Source: Propionibacterium ruminifibrarum
Lineage (GTDB): Bacteria; Actinomycetota; Actinomycetes; Propionibacteriales; Propionibacteriaceae
Length of the DNA stretch: 32,000 nt
Direction: 5' to 3'
Assembly: GCF_900289195.1 (NCBI RefSeq)
Contig: NZ_OMOH01000006.1
Location: 148,318-180,317 of the forward strand
Shown: positions 17,148 through 26,135 of the stretch, in pieces
Numbering within the stretch: position 1 is the first letter of the stretch
Layout of the letters: each line of letters begins with the position of its first letter
The notes under the pieces: model-generated
What the model was told of the DNA's origin: nothing
The model's input: only the letters and a program-made list of their open reading frames with translations
Databases searched by the model: none
Translations under genes and position numbers: made by a program

Positions 17148-18299
17148 ATGACCTACCGCATGATCTTCAATCAGACGGGCCACTTCGGACGGGGAGCCAT
17201 TGCCAACATCCCCACCGAGATCAGCGCCCGCGGCCTGAGCAAGGCCTTCATCGTCACCGACCCGGTCCTGGCGGAGAACGGCACCGCCACGCGCATCACC
17301 GACCTGCTCGACGGGGCCGGCATCGCCTGGGAGATCTTCTCCGACGTGGTTCCCAACCCGCCCGTGGAGAAAGTCCAGGCGGGCCTGGCCGCCTTCCGCG
17401 CCTCGGGCGCCGACGTCCTCATCGGCCTGGGCGGCGGCAGCCCCCAGGACACCTGCAAGGCGATCTCGGTGATCGCCACCAACCCCGAGTTCGAGGACGT
17501 GCTCAGCCTGGAGGGGGCCTCCCCCACGAAGAACCCGGGCACGCCCATCATCGGCGTGCCCACCACGGCGGGCACCGCCTCGGAGACCACCATCAACTAC
17601 GTCATCACCGACACCGCCAGCCAGCGCAAGTTCGTCTGCGTGGACCCGCACGACATCCCGGTGATCGCCGTGGTCGACCCCGACCTCATGGACGGCATGC
17701 CCAGGAGCCTGAAGGTCGCCACCGGGCTGGACGCACTCACCCACGCCATCGAGGGCTACATCACCCCCGGCGCCTGGGAGCTGTCCGACGCCCTGTGCCT
17801 GCGCTCGATCCAGATGATCGCCAAGAACCTGCGCAAGGCCGCCGAGGGCGACGCCGACGCGGTGGAGCAGATGGGCCTGGCCGCCTACATCAACGGCATG
17901 GCCTACTCCAACGTGGGTCTGGGCCTGGTGCACGGCATGGCGCACCCGCTGGGCGGGCGCTACAACGCGCCGCACGGGGTGGCCAACGGCATCCTGCTCG
18001 CCCCCGTCATGGCGTTCAACGCCGAGTACACCGGGGAGAAGTACCGCGACATCGCCGAGGCCTTCGGGGTCCCGGACGCCCAGACGATGCCGCTTGAGCA
18101 GGCGCGCGACGCCGCCGTCGACGCCATCGCCCAGCTGACCCGCGACCTGGGCAACCCGACCCGCATCAGCGAGGTGGGGGTGGACGAGTCCGGCATCGCC
18201 GCACTGACCGAGGACGCCTTCGCCGACGTGTGCACCCCCGGCAACCCCCGCCCGGCCACCCGGGAGGACATCGAGGCGCTGTACCGCTCGCTGCTGTAA
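17148..18299 (+). CDS. fucO: iron-containing (group III) alcohol dehydrogenase, lactaldehyde reductase / 1,2-propanediol oxidoreductase-like
   Basis: From memory it is colinear along its length with E. coli FucO (RMI.N.T..FGRGA, GGGSPQDTCKAI, INYVITD....RKFVCVDPHDIP, GLDALTHAIEGYIT.GAW, SNVGLGLVHGMAHPLG..YN.PHGVAN, FTGEKYRDIA). GGGGAG lies upstream of the ATG. Confidence 0.85.
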   Translation: MTYRMIFNQTGHFGRGAIANIPTEISARGLSKAFIVTDPVLAENGTATRITDLLDGAGIAWEIFSDVVPNPPVEKVQAGLAAFRASGADVLIGLGGGSPQDTCKAISVIATNPEFEDVLSLEGASPTKNPGTPIIGVPTTAGTASETTINYVITDTASQRKFVCVDPHDIPVIAVVDPDLMDGMPRSLKVATGLDALTHAIEGYITPGAWELSDALCLRSIQMIAKNLRKAAEGDADAVEQMGLAAYINGMAYSNVGLGLVHGMAHPLGGRYNAPHGVANGILLAPVMAFNAEYTGEKYRDIAEAFGVPDAQTMPLEQARDAAVDAIAQLTRDLGNPTRISEVGVDESGIAALTEDAFADVCTPGNPRPATREDIEALYRSLL

Positions 18300-18354
18300 C
18301 ACTCCACGCAGCTCCGACTCGGGGCGAATTGGCCGAGTCGACCGGGATTGACAT

Positions 18355-18385
18355 GGGCCGCCCCAGCCGCCGGCTGGGGCGGCCC
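18355..18385 (+). terminator. candidate terminator hairpin downstream of fucO
   Basis: The 13-bp perfect stem gggccgccccagc / gctggggcggccc has a 5-nt loop and is followed by an A-rich rather than T-rich sequence. Confidence 0.4.
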
Positions 18386-18407
18386 AAACACGTCAAGCGA
18401 CAAAACC

Positions 18408-18448
18408 GGGGACGTCGACACACCGATGGTCGGTGTGTCGACGTCCCC
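18408..18448. promoter_or_regulatory. 41-bp near-perfect palindrome (19-bp arms, 3-nt centre) containing ACCGA-TGG-TCGGT
   Basis: The arms are ggggacgtcgacacaccga and tcggtgtgtcgacgtcccc around tgg. Its core matches the palindrome at 18591-18611. It could be a terminator, an operator, or both. Confidence 0.5.
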
Positions 18449-18590
18449 GTGGCCTCACCTCCCGCGCCTTCCAACACTCGGGGCACCATCGGCCAGCACA
18501 GTCGAACACATACCATCCCGCGGGACGATCGCAGCGCGATGAGGCCACTGGACAACTCCACGACTGAAGGCTAGATTGTCGACCATCCAT

Positions 18591-18611
18591 ACCGACCGAC
18601 GGTCGGTCGGT
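18591..18611. promoter_or_regulatory. candidate TetR operator: perfect 10-bp inverted repeat around one central base
   Basis: The sequence is accgaccgac g gtcggtcggt, 64 nt upstream of the tetR ATG at 18675. Its core is ACCGA-CGG-TCGGT. Confidence 0.5.
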
Positions 18612-18674
18612 GGCGGAACGGCCTGTCCCCCACCACCGTCGGAACCGCCCGCGATCCCGATCAGTGAGGAAGCC

Positions 18675-19328
18675 ATGACACCCGCCCGCATCTCCAAACC
18701 CGCCGCCCAACGCCGGGACGACATCCTGGACGCCGCTCAGCGACTGTTCACCACCAAAGGAGTCCAGGCGACCTCCGTGGAGGACATCCTCCAGGACGTG
18801 GGCATTGCCAAGGGCACCCTCTACTATCACTTCCGTTCCAAGGACGAGATCCTCCAGGGGATCATCACTCGCACCACCGAACGGGTCGCGGTCAAGGCCA
18901 GGCAAGTCGCCGATCGACCCGACCCCGTCATCACCAGATTCCTGGGCGTGCTGGCAGCCATGCGCGTCGATGCGCCCGAACTCGCGCTGGCCGAGACCCT
19001 CCACGGGCCCGGTAACGCCGAATTCCACGTCCTGTCCATCGTCGAGATGGTCCGTGCCATCACGCCCATCCTCGCCGAGGTCGTCGAACAGGGGGTCGCC
19101 GAGGGGAGCTTCTCGACCGAGCATCCCCAAGACATGGTCGAGATCCTCCTCACCAGCATGGGGATGCTGCTCGACGACGGCATCTTCAGGGGAGAGGCGG
19201 ACCAGATCCCGCGTCGCACCGCCGCCCTCATCAGTGCCGCTGAAACGCTCTTGGGCTGCCGTCCGGGAGCGTTGGCAACAGCCGCACATGACATGCGGAT
19301 CGCGGGCGCTACCGGGGGCGCGCGATGA
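18675..19328 (+). CDS. TetR/AcrR family transcriptional regulator
   Basis: It has the N-terminal HTH pattern RRDDILDAAQRLFTTKGVQATSVEDILQDVGIAKGTLYYHFRSKDEI. The start is set at the ATG at 18675 (GAGGAA upstream), not the track TTG at 18576, which would put the palindrome inside coding sequence. The stop overlaps the next gene as ATGA. Confidence 0.85.
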   Translation: MTPARISKPAAQRRDDILDAAQRLFTTKGVQATSVEDILQDVGIAKGTLYYHFRSKDEILQGIITRTTERVAVKARQVADRPDPVITRFLGVLAAMRVDAPELALAETLHGPGNAEFHVLSIVEMVRAITPILAEVVEQGVAEGSFSTEHPQDMVEILLTSMGMLLDDGIFRGEADQIPRRTAALISAAETLLGCRPGALATAAHDMRIAGATGGAR

Positions 19329-20665
19329 AGTACGTGTACCTCCTGGCTCTCGGGGCCTTCATCAATGCCGTGGGCTCCGGCCTCAGCGCCTTCGGCCTGG
19401 CGATCTTCGCCTACCAGACCTGGGGCAGCGCCTCGGCAGTGGGCGTTGTTCAGCTGTGCGCCTTTACACCGATCATCGTGCTGGCGCCCCTGGCCGGCGT
19501 GTTGGCGGACCGCTTCGACCGGCGTGTCATGATGATGATCGGGGACGGAGGCTCCGTAGTTGGCTTGGCCCTGGTCTGGTTCGCCCTCGGCTCTCACTCG
19601 CCCCGCCTGGGCGCGGTGCTGGCCGGACTGACCCTTTCCGCCTGCCTGGCGGCACTGACCGAGCCGGCGCTGCGCGCCTCCGTGAGTGACCTCGTCAGTC
19701 CCGAGCATCACGTTCGCAGCTCTGGGCTCCTGCAAGTGGCCGCGTCCGCACGTTATCTGGTCTCCCCCGTCCTGGCCGGAGTCCTGCTGCCCATGACGGG
19801 TCTGCGCACCCTGGTCGCGCTCGACGCCGCCACCTGCGTGGTCACCGTTGCTTGCACCTGCATCGTCATGCGGGCCGTCGGCCACCCCCGCAAGTACGGC
19901 CGGAATGACCGATCGGGTGCTACCGCCGAACTGCTCTTGGGCTGGCGAATTCTGCGCCGCCGCAACAACGTGCGCATCGTCGTCGAGCTCATGACCTTCA
20001 TGACTGCCACCGTCGGTACGGTGCAGATCCTGTTCAAGCCGATCCTGCTTCCCCATGTGAGTACCGCCGCCATGGGACGTATTGAGACCCTGTGCGCCGC
20101 CGGCATCCTCGCCGGGGCGGCACTCACCACCGTGGCAGGCAGGATCGTTCCTGAGCTGCTGCTCGCTCTGGGCACTGGCGGAGCCGGGCTGTTCATGGTC
20201 GCGCTGTCACTGCGTACCTGGCCCTGGTGGGTGGTGACGAGTGGATTCGGTGTCTTCGCGGCACTGGCACTGTGCAACGCCGGCGCCGAGACACTCGTGC
20301 GCCGCAGTGTCGACACCGAGCACCAGGCCCGAGTCTGGGGCGTCATCAGCCTGGTCACACAGCTCGGCTACGTCCTGGCATACGCCACCGCCGGCCCCCT
20401 GACGGACCGCGTCCTCCAGCCACTCATGGAGCCTCGAGCACCGCTGGCCCCAAGCCTGGGCGCAATCATGGGCGTCGGCGCCGGTCGCGGCGCCGCGCTG
20501 CTCGTAGCACTGGCGGGCCTGACCACCACCGGTCTGGCCGTGCTGATTCATGCCCGCCGCGCCGTCCTCGTCCCGGCCAGGCCCGAGTCCAGCGGTGACC
20601 AGTACGGCGGGCCGCAAGGCCGCGACGAGACGGTCAGGATCGGGACGGGGCCCGAGTCATGCTGA
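19325..20665 (+). CDS. MFS transporter (12-14 TM, DHA3/EntS-like efflux type)
   Basis: It is hydrophobic throughout and carries the MFS loop motif GVLADRFDRR between predicted TM2 and TM3. The start overlaps the tetR stop, and its own stop overlaps the next start by 7 nt. Confidence 0.8.
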   Translation: MKYVYLLALGAFINAVGSGLSAFGLAIFAYQTWGSASAVGVVQLCAFTPIIVLAPLAGVLADRFDRRVMMMIGDGGSVVGLALVWFALGSHSPRLGAVLAGLTLSACLAALTEPALRASVSDLVSPEHHVRSSGLLQVAASARYLVSPVLAGVLLPMTGLRTLVALDAATCVVTVACTCIVMRAVGHPRKYGRNDRSGATAELLLGWRILRRRNNVRIVVELMTFMTATVGTVQILFKPILLPHVSTAAMGRIETLCAAGILAGAALTTVAGRIVPELLLALGTGGAGLFMVALSLRTWPWWVVTSGFGVFAALALCNAGAETLVRRSVDTEHQARVWGVISLVTQLGYVLAYATAGPLTDRVLQPLMEPRAPLAPSLGAIMGVGAGRGAALLVALAGLTTTGLAVLIHARRAVLVPARPESSGDQYGGPQGRDETVRIGTGPESC

Positions 20666-22977
20666 CCCGACTGCTCAAGGCCGATCTGGCGCGTGGGTTT
20701 GCCGTTTCCCTGTCGCTGACCGTGCTCATCGCCCTGGCGGCGGCACTCGTGACAGCAGGCACGAGTCTCATCACCGGCACCGTCACATCCATCGGCCGTC
20801 TGTCCGCACATGCGCGGGTCCCCGATCTGATACAGATGCATGCCGGGCAGGCCGACCCCGGGGAGATCGACACATGGGCCGCCTCCCGCGACGACATCGT
20901 CGAGCATCAGGTCATCAAGACGCTGCGCGTCTCGAAGCAGACGCTCACGATCGCGGGCACCAACCAGGCAGACTCCTATACCGAGGCGGCCTTCGTCACC
21001 TCACCCGAGCACTTCGACCTGCTCCTGGGCGACGGCGACGCGCCCGTTGACCCGGCGCCCGGAGAGGTGGCCCTGCCGGTCCACTACCAGGCCATCGGCA
21101 TCGCCGAGGTGGGGGACATGGTGACCGTGGACACTGGGGACTGGTCCACGAGCCTCAGGGTGGTTGGGTTCTTCCGGGACGCCCAGATGAACGCCCAGAT
21201 GATTCCCTCCAAACGTCTCGTGGTCAGTACCGAGGACTTCGCCGTCATGGAGGACCACCTCGGCGACACCGAGTACCTCGTGGAGTTCATCCTCGCCGAT
21301 GCCTCGGCGTCAGACACGGTCATCAACGACTACCGAGCAGCAGGGCTGCCCAGCACTGGTATCGCCGTGACCGCCTTGCAGATACGGCTCATCAACTCCC
21401 TGAGCACCATGCTCATCGCCGCCGTCGCCGTCCTCGTCGCCATACTCCTCGTCGCGGTGGCCGTACTGGCTCTGCGCTACACGGTACTGGCGTCCTTGGA
21501 AATCGACCTCCCTCAGATCGCCGTCCTCAGGGCAATCGGCGCGCCACCGGGGAGGATCGGTCGCCTCTACCTGCTCAAATACCTGGTTCTGGCTCTGGCC
21601 GGAGGAATCGCGGGATGCCTGGCCGGTTATCCGCTGTCCTCGGCCCTGGGCGCCCCCACACGGCTCTACCTGGGCGCGCCACCCGCCACATGGGAGTCCA
21701 TCGCCATGCCGGTGGTCCTGACGGCGGGCATGGTGGGCGTCACTGTCGGCTTCGTCGCCCTGACCCTGAGACGTATCGGCGCGGTCTCAGTAGTCGAGGT
21801 CCTGCGCAGAGGCGCCGGTGACGGTATGCAGTCCCGCCGCCATTGGAGACTGTCGCGCTCGCGCCTCCTGCCGGTGCAGCAGTGGCTCGGGCTGCGTGCG
21901 GCGCTGCGTCCCACCAATGCGCTGCTGCTCGGGGTCATCACCCTGTGCACTTTCACCATGGCACTACCCACTGGTGTCGCCACCACTCTGGACGACCCGA
22001 GCCTCGCCACATATCTGGGCACCGGGCAGGCCGATCTGCGCATCGACGCCTCCACCGGCAGCCAGGACCTTTCCGCAGCGGTCTCCGCAGTGGAAAGGAC
22101 TCTCACCGCGGACTCCCGCGTGACCAAGCACACCACGATTGCGCGCCGCGACTACCAGATGCCCGCCTCCGACGGCTCCTGGAGCTCGGTACTGATAGAC
22201 ATCGGCGACCATGACGCCTTCCCCATGAGCTACATATCCGGCCGTGGCCCCTCCACACTCGAAGAGATATCCCTGTCATACAGCAGGGCCGAGGAGTCGG
22301 GTGTCGGCGTCGGGGATACCGTCACCGTCCGTTCTCCCGCCGGCGATCGCAGTCTGAAGGTCACCGGAATCTATCAGGACATCACCAACAACGGCCTGAC
22401 CGCCAAAGCACTCTTCGACGACGACGCACCCACGCTCTGGATGACCATCTACGCCGATATCGACGACTCGTATGTGATCTCAGCCGTCGCGGCCGACTTG
22501 CGCGCCTCGCTGCCTGGAGTGCAGGTGACGGGGATGAATGAATACGCCTCACAACTCTTCGGAGCCACCGCCGCACAGGTCCGAACTGTCGCGGCCATGG
22601 CCTGCACCGTCGCCCTGGCTCTTACCTTCCTCATCACCACTGTGTTCGTGGTCCTGGTCCTGGCCCGGGAGGAATCCCAAGTGGGCATTCTGCGGGCCCT
22701 GGGCTCCACACGACACGATATTGCGGGTCAGTACGTCACCCGTCTCGGTCTTCTGGCCGCGGCGGGGGTGGGGCTGGGACTGCTCCTGAGCGCGACCATG
22801 GGCGAGAGGGCGATCGGGTTGCTTCTGGGCACGCGAGGAGCACCCGCGGTTCAACTGCTGCCCGACCCCTGGCTGACGTGGCTGATCATTCCGACCATGG
22901 TGCTGCTCACCGTCGCCGGAGCCGCCGGTCTGACCATGCACAGACTGAAAACCATGACCTTGGCCATCATCGATTGA
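20659..22977 (+). CDS. ABC transporter permease with duplicated FtsX-type modules (MacB-like)
   Basis: The 772-aa product is two repeats of TM, a large extracytoplasmic domain, then three TM helices (for example LRAIGAPPGRIGRLYLLKYLVLALAGG and LRALGSTRHDIAGQYVTRLGLLAAAG). Confidence 0.8.
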   Translation: MLTRLLKADLARGFAVSLSLTVLIALAAALVTAGTSLITGTVTSIGRLSAHARVPDLIQMHAGQADPGEIDTWAASRDDIVEHQVIKTLRVSKQTLTIAGTNQADSYTEAAFVTSPEHFDLLLGDGDAPVDPAPGEVALPVHYQAIGIAEVGDMVTVDTGDWSTSLRVVGFFRDAQMNAQMIPSKRLVVSTEDFAVMEDHLGDTEYLVEFILADASASDTVINDYRAAGLPSTGIAVTALQIRLINSLSTMLIAAVAVLVAILLVAVAVLALRYTVLASLEIDLPQIAVLRAIGAPPGRIGRLYLLKYLVLALAGGIAGCLAGYPLSSALGAPTRLYLGAPPATWESIAMPVVLTAGMVGVTVGFVALTLRRIGAVSVVEVLRRGAGDGMQSRRHWRLSRSRLLPVQQWLGLRAALRPTNALLLGVITLCTFTMALPTGVATTLDDPSLATYLGTGQADLRIDASTGSQDLSAAVSAVERTLTADSRVTKHTTIARRDYQMPASDGSWSSVLIDIGDHDAFPMSYISGRGPSTLEEISLSYSRAEESGVGVGDTVTVRSPAGDRSLKVTGIYQDITNNGLTAKALFDDDAPTLWMTIYADIDDSYVISAVAADLRASLPGVQVTGMNEYASQLFGATAAQVRTVAAMACTVALALTFLITTVFVVLVLAREESQVGILRALGSTRHDIAGQYVTRLGLLAAAGVGLGLLLSATMGERAIGLLLGTRGAPAVQLLPDPWLTWLIIPTMVLLTVAGAAGLTMHRLKTMTLAIID

Positions 22978-23017
22978 AATGCCCACATCTCTTGACCGGA
23001 TACTGAGGAAACCCGAC

Positions 23018-23812
23018 ATGACCGACGCTGCCACCGCCCGCTCCCCGCACCTTCCGGCGCAGTCGTCCCCTGCAGTGCTGCGCGCACGCAACCTGTCGAA
23101 GCACTATGGCGACGCCCGAGTACTGGACGGGCTCGATCTGGACATCGACCGCGGTCAATTCGTGGCTGTCATGGGCCCCTCCGGCTCGGGCAAATCCACG
23201 TTCCTGCACTGTCTGAGCGGTATGACCCGCCCCAGCGGAGGCTCCGTCCTGCTGCGGGACACCGACCTGACCGCGCTCGATGAGAGGGCACTGGCGGCAC
23301 TGCGCCTGGAGCACTTCGGCCTCGTCTTCCAGCAGCCGCACTTCATGAGCACTCTGTGCCTGTTGGACAACGTCCTTCTGCCCGGCTTCCTGTCCCGTCG
23401 GCGTCCTCGTGAGGAGGTCACGGCCAGGGGGCGAATGCTGCTGGAACGTATGGGTATAGCCGACTTGGCGGATGCCGATGTCACGGAGGTCTCAGGCGGC
23501 CAGCTCCAGCGGGCCGGTATCTGCAGGGCCCTCATCAACGAGGCGGCGGTGCTCTTCGCCGACGAACCCACCGGAGCACTCAACTCCGCGACCGCCGCCC
23601 GCATCCTCGACGTCTTCGGGGAGATTCATGTGCGGGGCACCACCATTGTCATGGTCACCCACGACGCCAAAGTAGCCTTGCGAGCCGACCGCGTCCTGGT
23701 GCTCGTGGACGGAGGCGTCGAAGAGGACCTGCTACTTGGTCATTACCGAGAAGACCAGTCGGCGGAGCGCCTGGTCCGGGTATCCGCGGCGCTCAACCGT
23801 CAGTCGGTGTAA
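23018..23812 (+). CDS. ABC transporter ATP-binding protein (MacB/LolD-type partner of the FtsX permease)
   Basis: Walker A GPSGSGKST, signature VSGGQLQRAGI, Walker B VLFADEPT and H-loop VTHD are present. The ATG at 23018 is preceded by GAGGAA. The track start at 22979 is possible but lacks an SD. Confidence 0.9.
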   Translation: MTDAATARSPHLPAQSSPAVLRARNLSKHYGDARVLDGLDLDIDRGQFVAVMGPSGSGKSTFLHCLSGMTRPSGGSVLLRDTDLTALDERALAALRLEHFGLVFQQPHFMSTLCLLDNVLLPGFLSRRRPREEVTARGRMLLERMGIADLADADVTEVSGGQLQRAGICRALINEAAVLFADEPTGALNSATAARILDVFGEIHVRGTTIVMVTHDAKVALRADRVLVLVDGGVEEDLLLGHYREDQSAERLVRVSAALNRQSV

Positions 23813-23921
23813 CGCGCCGACCAACCCGCGCGCCGGCCCCGGCACATCCCGCGTGAACCGGGGCCCGGGATGGTTCTCGTGCCCGGCGCCCCGACGGCAT
23901 GGGAGGGGCCGGCGGATTCGG

Positions 23922-26135
23922 TCACCAGAGCACCCAGGCGACGATCGTCGCCGCCCAGACGACGAGAATGACCGCCGTGTCGCGCACCCGCCACGGATCG
24001 CGGACCAGCTCCGTGCGGTGGTCGAACGCGCCGAAGGCCCGCGAGTCCATCGACAGCGCGACCCGCTCCCCGTGCTGCACGGCGATGATGAGCAGCGGGA
24101 CGATCGAGCCCGCCCACCGGATGGCCGGGCCGAGCGGCCCCCAGCGGCGACCGACCCCGCGCAGCGCCCGAGCGGTTCTCAGCAGGCGGAAGTCGACCCG
24201 GAACCTGGTCAGGAAGGCCAGCGCGGCGGTCCCGGCCGAGGCCAGGCGGTACGGAAGGTGCAGGCGAGCGGTCGCCGCCCGCAGGATCGCCTCGGGGTCG
24301 GTGGCGATGCCCGAGACGAGGACGAGCGCCAGGAGCGCCCCGATCGTCGTTCCGGCCTGGCCGGGACCGCCGATGTCGCGTATCCCGGTGTAGACATCGG
24401 GATTGATGGCCGTGGAGACCGCCCAGGTCAGGATCGCTGCGATCAACCAGACGGCGGTGATGGAGCCGGCGATGCGCCGCAGGCTGCTGCGCGAGCCGGC
24501 GATGGCGAGTGAGGCGAGGGCCATGATGATGAGGTTCGCCGTCACGTCACGGTGGGCGATGACGAAGGCCGCCGGCAACAGGATCGCTGCGAGCATGGTG
24601 AACGGGTTGAGCGAGCCGAGCAGTGATCTGTTGGGCTGTGGTGGGGGCGCCGGTGGTCTGTCCCGCTCCGCCCCCAACGGCAGGGCGATGATGTGCGTGG
24701 CGTGCTCGGCCGCCAGTTCGAGGTCATGAGTGGCCATGAGCACGCTCGCCCCCTCGGCGCGCAGCTCATGGATGAAGTCCATGAGCTCGCGGGTGTTGGC
24801 CCAGTCCTGGCCGTAGGTCGGCTCGTCCAGGGCGATGAGCCTCTTCCCGGCACCGACCATCGTCGCCACCGAGAGGCGACGAGACTGCCCGCCGGAGAGG
24901 GTGAGCGGGTGCTGGGTTCTGAACTCGGTCAGGTGGAACTGGTCCAGCAGCCGGTCGACCTGGGCCGTCTGGAGGCCGTCGAAGGCCAGCTCGGCCTCGA
25001 CGCTCGAGGTGACGAACTGATGCTCCGGGTTCTGGAAGACGTAGCCCACGCGGGGATCCCCGGTCCTCACCGGGGTACCGTCGATCGTCGCCGTGCCGAC
25101 AGAACCCCTGACGACCCCGGCCAAGGCGCCGAGCAACGATGTCTTGCCCGCACCGTTCTCGCCGATCAGGGCGATGAGCTCTCCCCCGCCGAGCCGCGCC
25201 GAGACGGCCGGCGAGCGGCCGGGGACACCGAAGTCGGTCAGCTCGCATCGTGCGGCCTCCCCGGGCTCGACGGTGGCGAGTCCATCGATGTCATGCCACC
25301 GACCGTCGGTCTTGGCGAGGTAGCGCACCGCGTCACGGCGACACAGCTCGGTCAGCGTCGGCGGGTCGGCGACCGTCGGCCGCAGTGCCCTGGGCAGCCA
25401 GATCCCGGCGGCGTCGAGTTCCGCCCGGTGCGAACCATAGACCTCGTCGGGGCTGCCGGCGGCGATCGTGCGGCCGTCCTCGTCGAGGGCGATGACCCGG
25501 TCGACCGCTGGCAGGATGGGGTCGAGATCGTGGTCGATGACCAGGACGCCCATGCCCTGCTCGATGAGCGGCGGCAGCAGCCGGTAGAAGTCCTCGCGCC
25601 CGTCGGGGTCGATGGTCGAGGTCGGCTCGTCCAGCACGAGCAGGGCCGGTTTCATGGCCAGTGCCACCGCCAGGGCGAGCCGCTGGCGCTGCCCGCCCGA
25701 GAGCACCCAGGGATCGTCCCACGGCCGGTCTCCCAGGCCGACCATGCCCAGCGCCTCCGCGGCACGCGCCTCGACCTCCTCGGGAGGCAGGCACAGGTTC
25801 TGCAGGGGGAAGCAGACCTCGTCGTGGAGGCTGCGGGCGACGATCGCCGCGTCGGGGTTCTGACCGACGAAGCCGATGCGGGTGGCTATCTGCATCACCT
25901 CGGCGTCGGCCATCTCGGCGCCGTCGAGGACGACGCTGCCCCGGTAGTCGGCCGGGATGCAGTGCGGGATGAGCCCGCAGGCCGTCCTCACGAGCGAGGT
26001 CTTGCCGCAGCCCGAGGGGCCGATGACGGCGGTGACCCGGCCCGCGTACTGGTCGAGAGCAGCCGCGTCGAGCACCCAGCGTTCGGTCCCGGGGTAACGG
26101 ACGCCGAGCCCCCGGATGGTCAGCAGGGCGGTCAT
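23922..26135 (-). CDS. ECF transporter fusion protein: two tandem ATPase domains (YkoD-like) continuous with a C-terminal EcfT/CbiQ-like transmembrane domain (YkoC-like)
   Basis: First ATPase domain: GPSGCGKTS, LSGGQRQRLAL, LLVLDEPT. Second ATPase domain: GENGAGKTS, LSGGQSRRLSV, LIALDEPT. About 245 hydrophobic residues follow, with EcfT-type coupling motifs (RTARALRGVG, ALSMDSRAFG). There is no stop codon between the parts. The start at 26135 overlaps the S-component stop as ATGA. Confidence 0.8.
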   Translation of the reverse strand: MTALLTIRGLGVRYPGTERWVLDAAALDQYAGRVTAVIGPSGCGKTSLVRTACGLIPHCIPADYRGSVVLDGAEMADAEVMQIATRIGFVGQNPDAAIVARSLHDEVCFPLQNLCLPPEEVEARAAEALGMVGLGDRPWDDPWVLSGGQRQRLALAVALAMKPALLVLDEPTSTIDPDGREDFYRLLPPLIEQGMGVLVIDHDLDPILPAVDRVIALDEDGRTIAAGSPDEVYGSHRAELDAAGIWLPRALRPTVADPPTLTELCRRDAVRYLAKTDGRWHDIDGLATVEPGEAARCELTDFGVPGRSPAVSARLGGGELIALIGENGAGKTSLLGALAGVVRGSVGTATIDGTPVRTGDPRVGYVFQNPEHQFVTSSVEAELAFDGLQTAQVDRLLDQFHLTEFRTQHPLTLSGGQSRRLSVATMVGAGKRLIALDEPTYGQDWANTRELMDFIHELRAEGASVLMATHDLELAAEHATHIIALPLGAERDRPPAPPPQPNRSLLGSLNPFTMLAAILLPAAFVIAHRDVTANLIIMALASLAIAGSRSSLRRIAGSITAVWLIAAILTWAVSTAINPDVYTGIRDIGGPGQAGTTIGALLALVLVSGIATDPEAILRAATARLHLPYRLASAGTAALAFLTRFRVDFRLLRTARALRGVGRRWGPLGPAIRWAGSIVPLLIIAVQHGERVALSMDSRAFGAFDHRTELVRDPWRVRDTAVILVVWAATIVAWVLW

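Noticed and set aside
17051-18302. ORFs 17051..18097 (plus strand) and 17076..18302 (minus strand) overlapping fucO.
   Set aside because: The fucO frame has full-length similarity to a known enzyme. The alternatives are Arg/Gly/His/Pro-rich shadows.
18576-18674. The TTG start at 18576 for the TetR gene, which would add 33 N-terminal residues.
   Set aside because: It would place the perfect palindrome inside coding sequence. The extension is Pro/Gly-rich with no SD, whereas the ATG at 18675 has GAGGAA at the proper distance and gives a normal TetR N-terminus.
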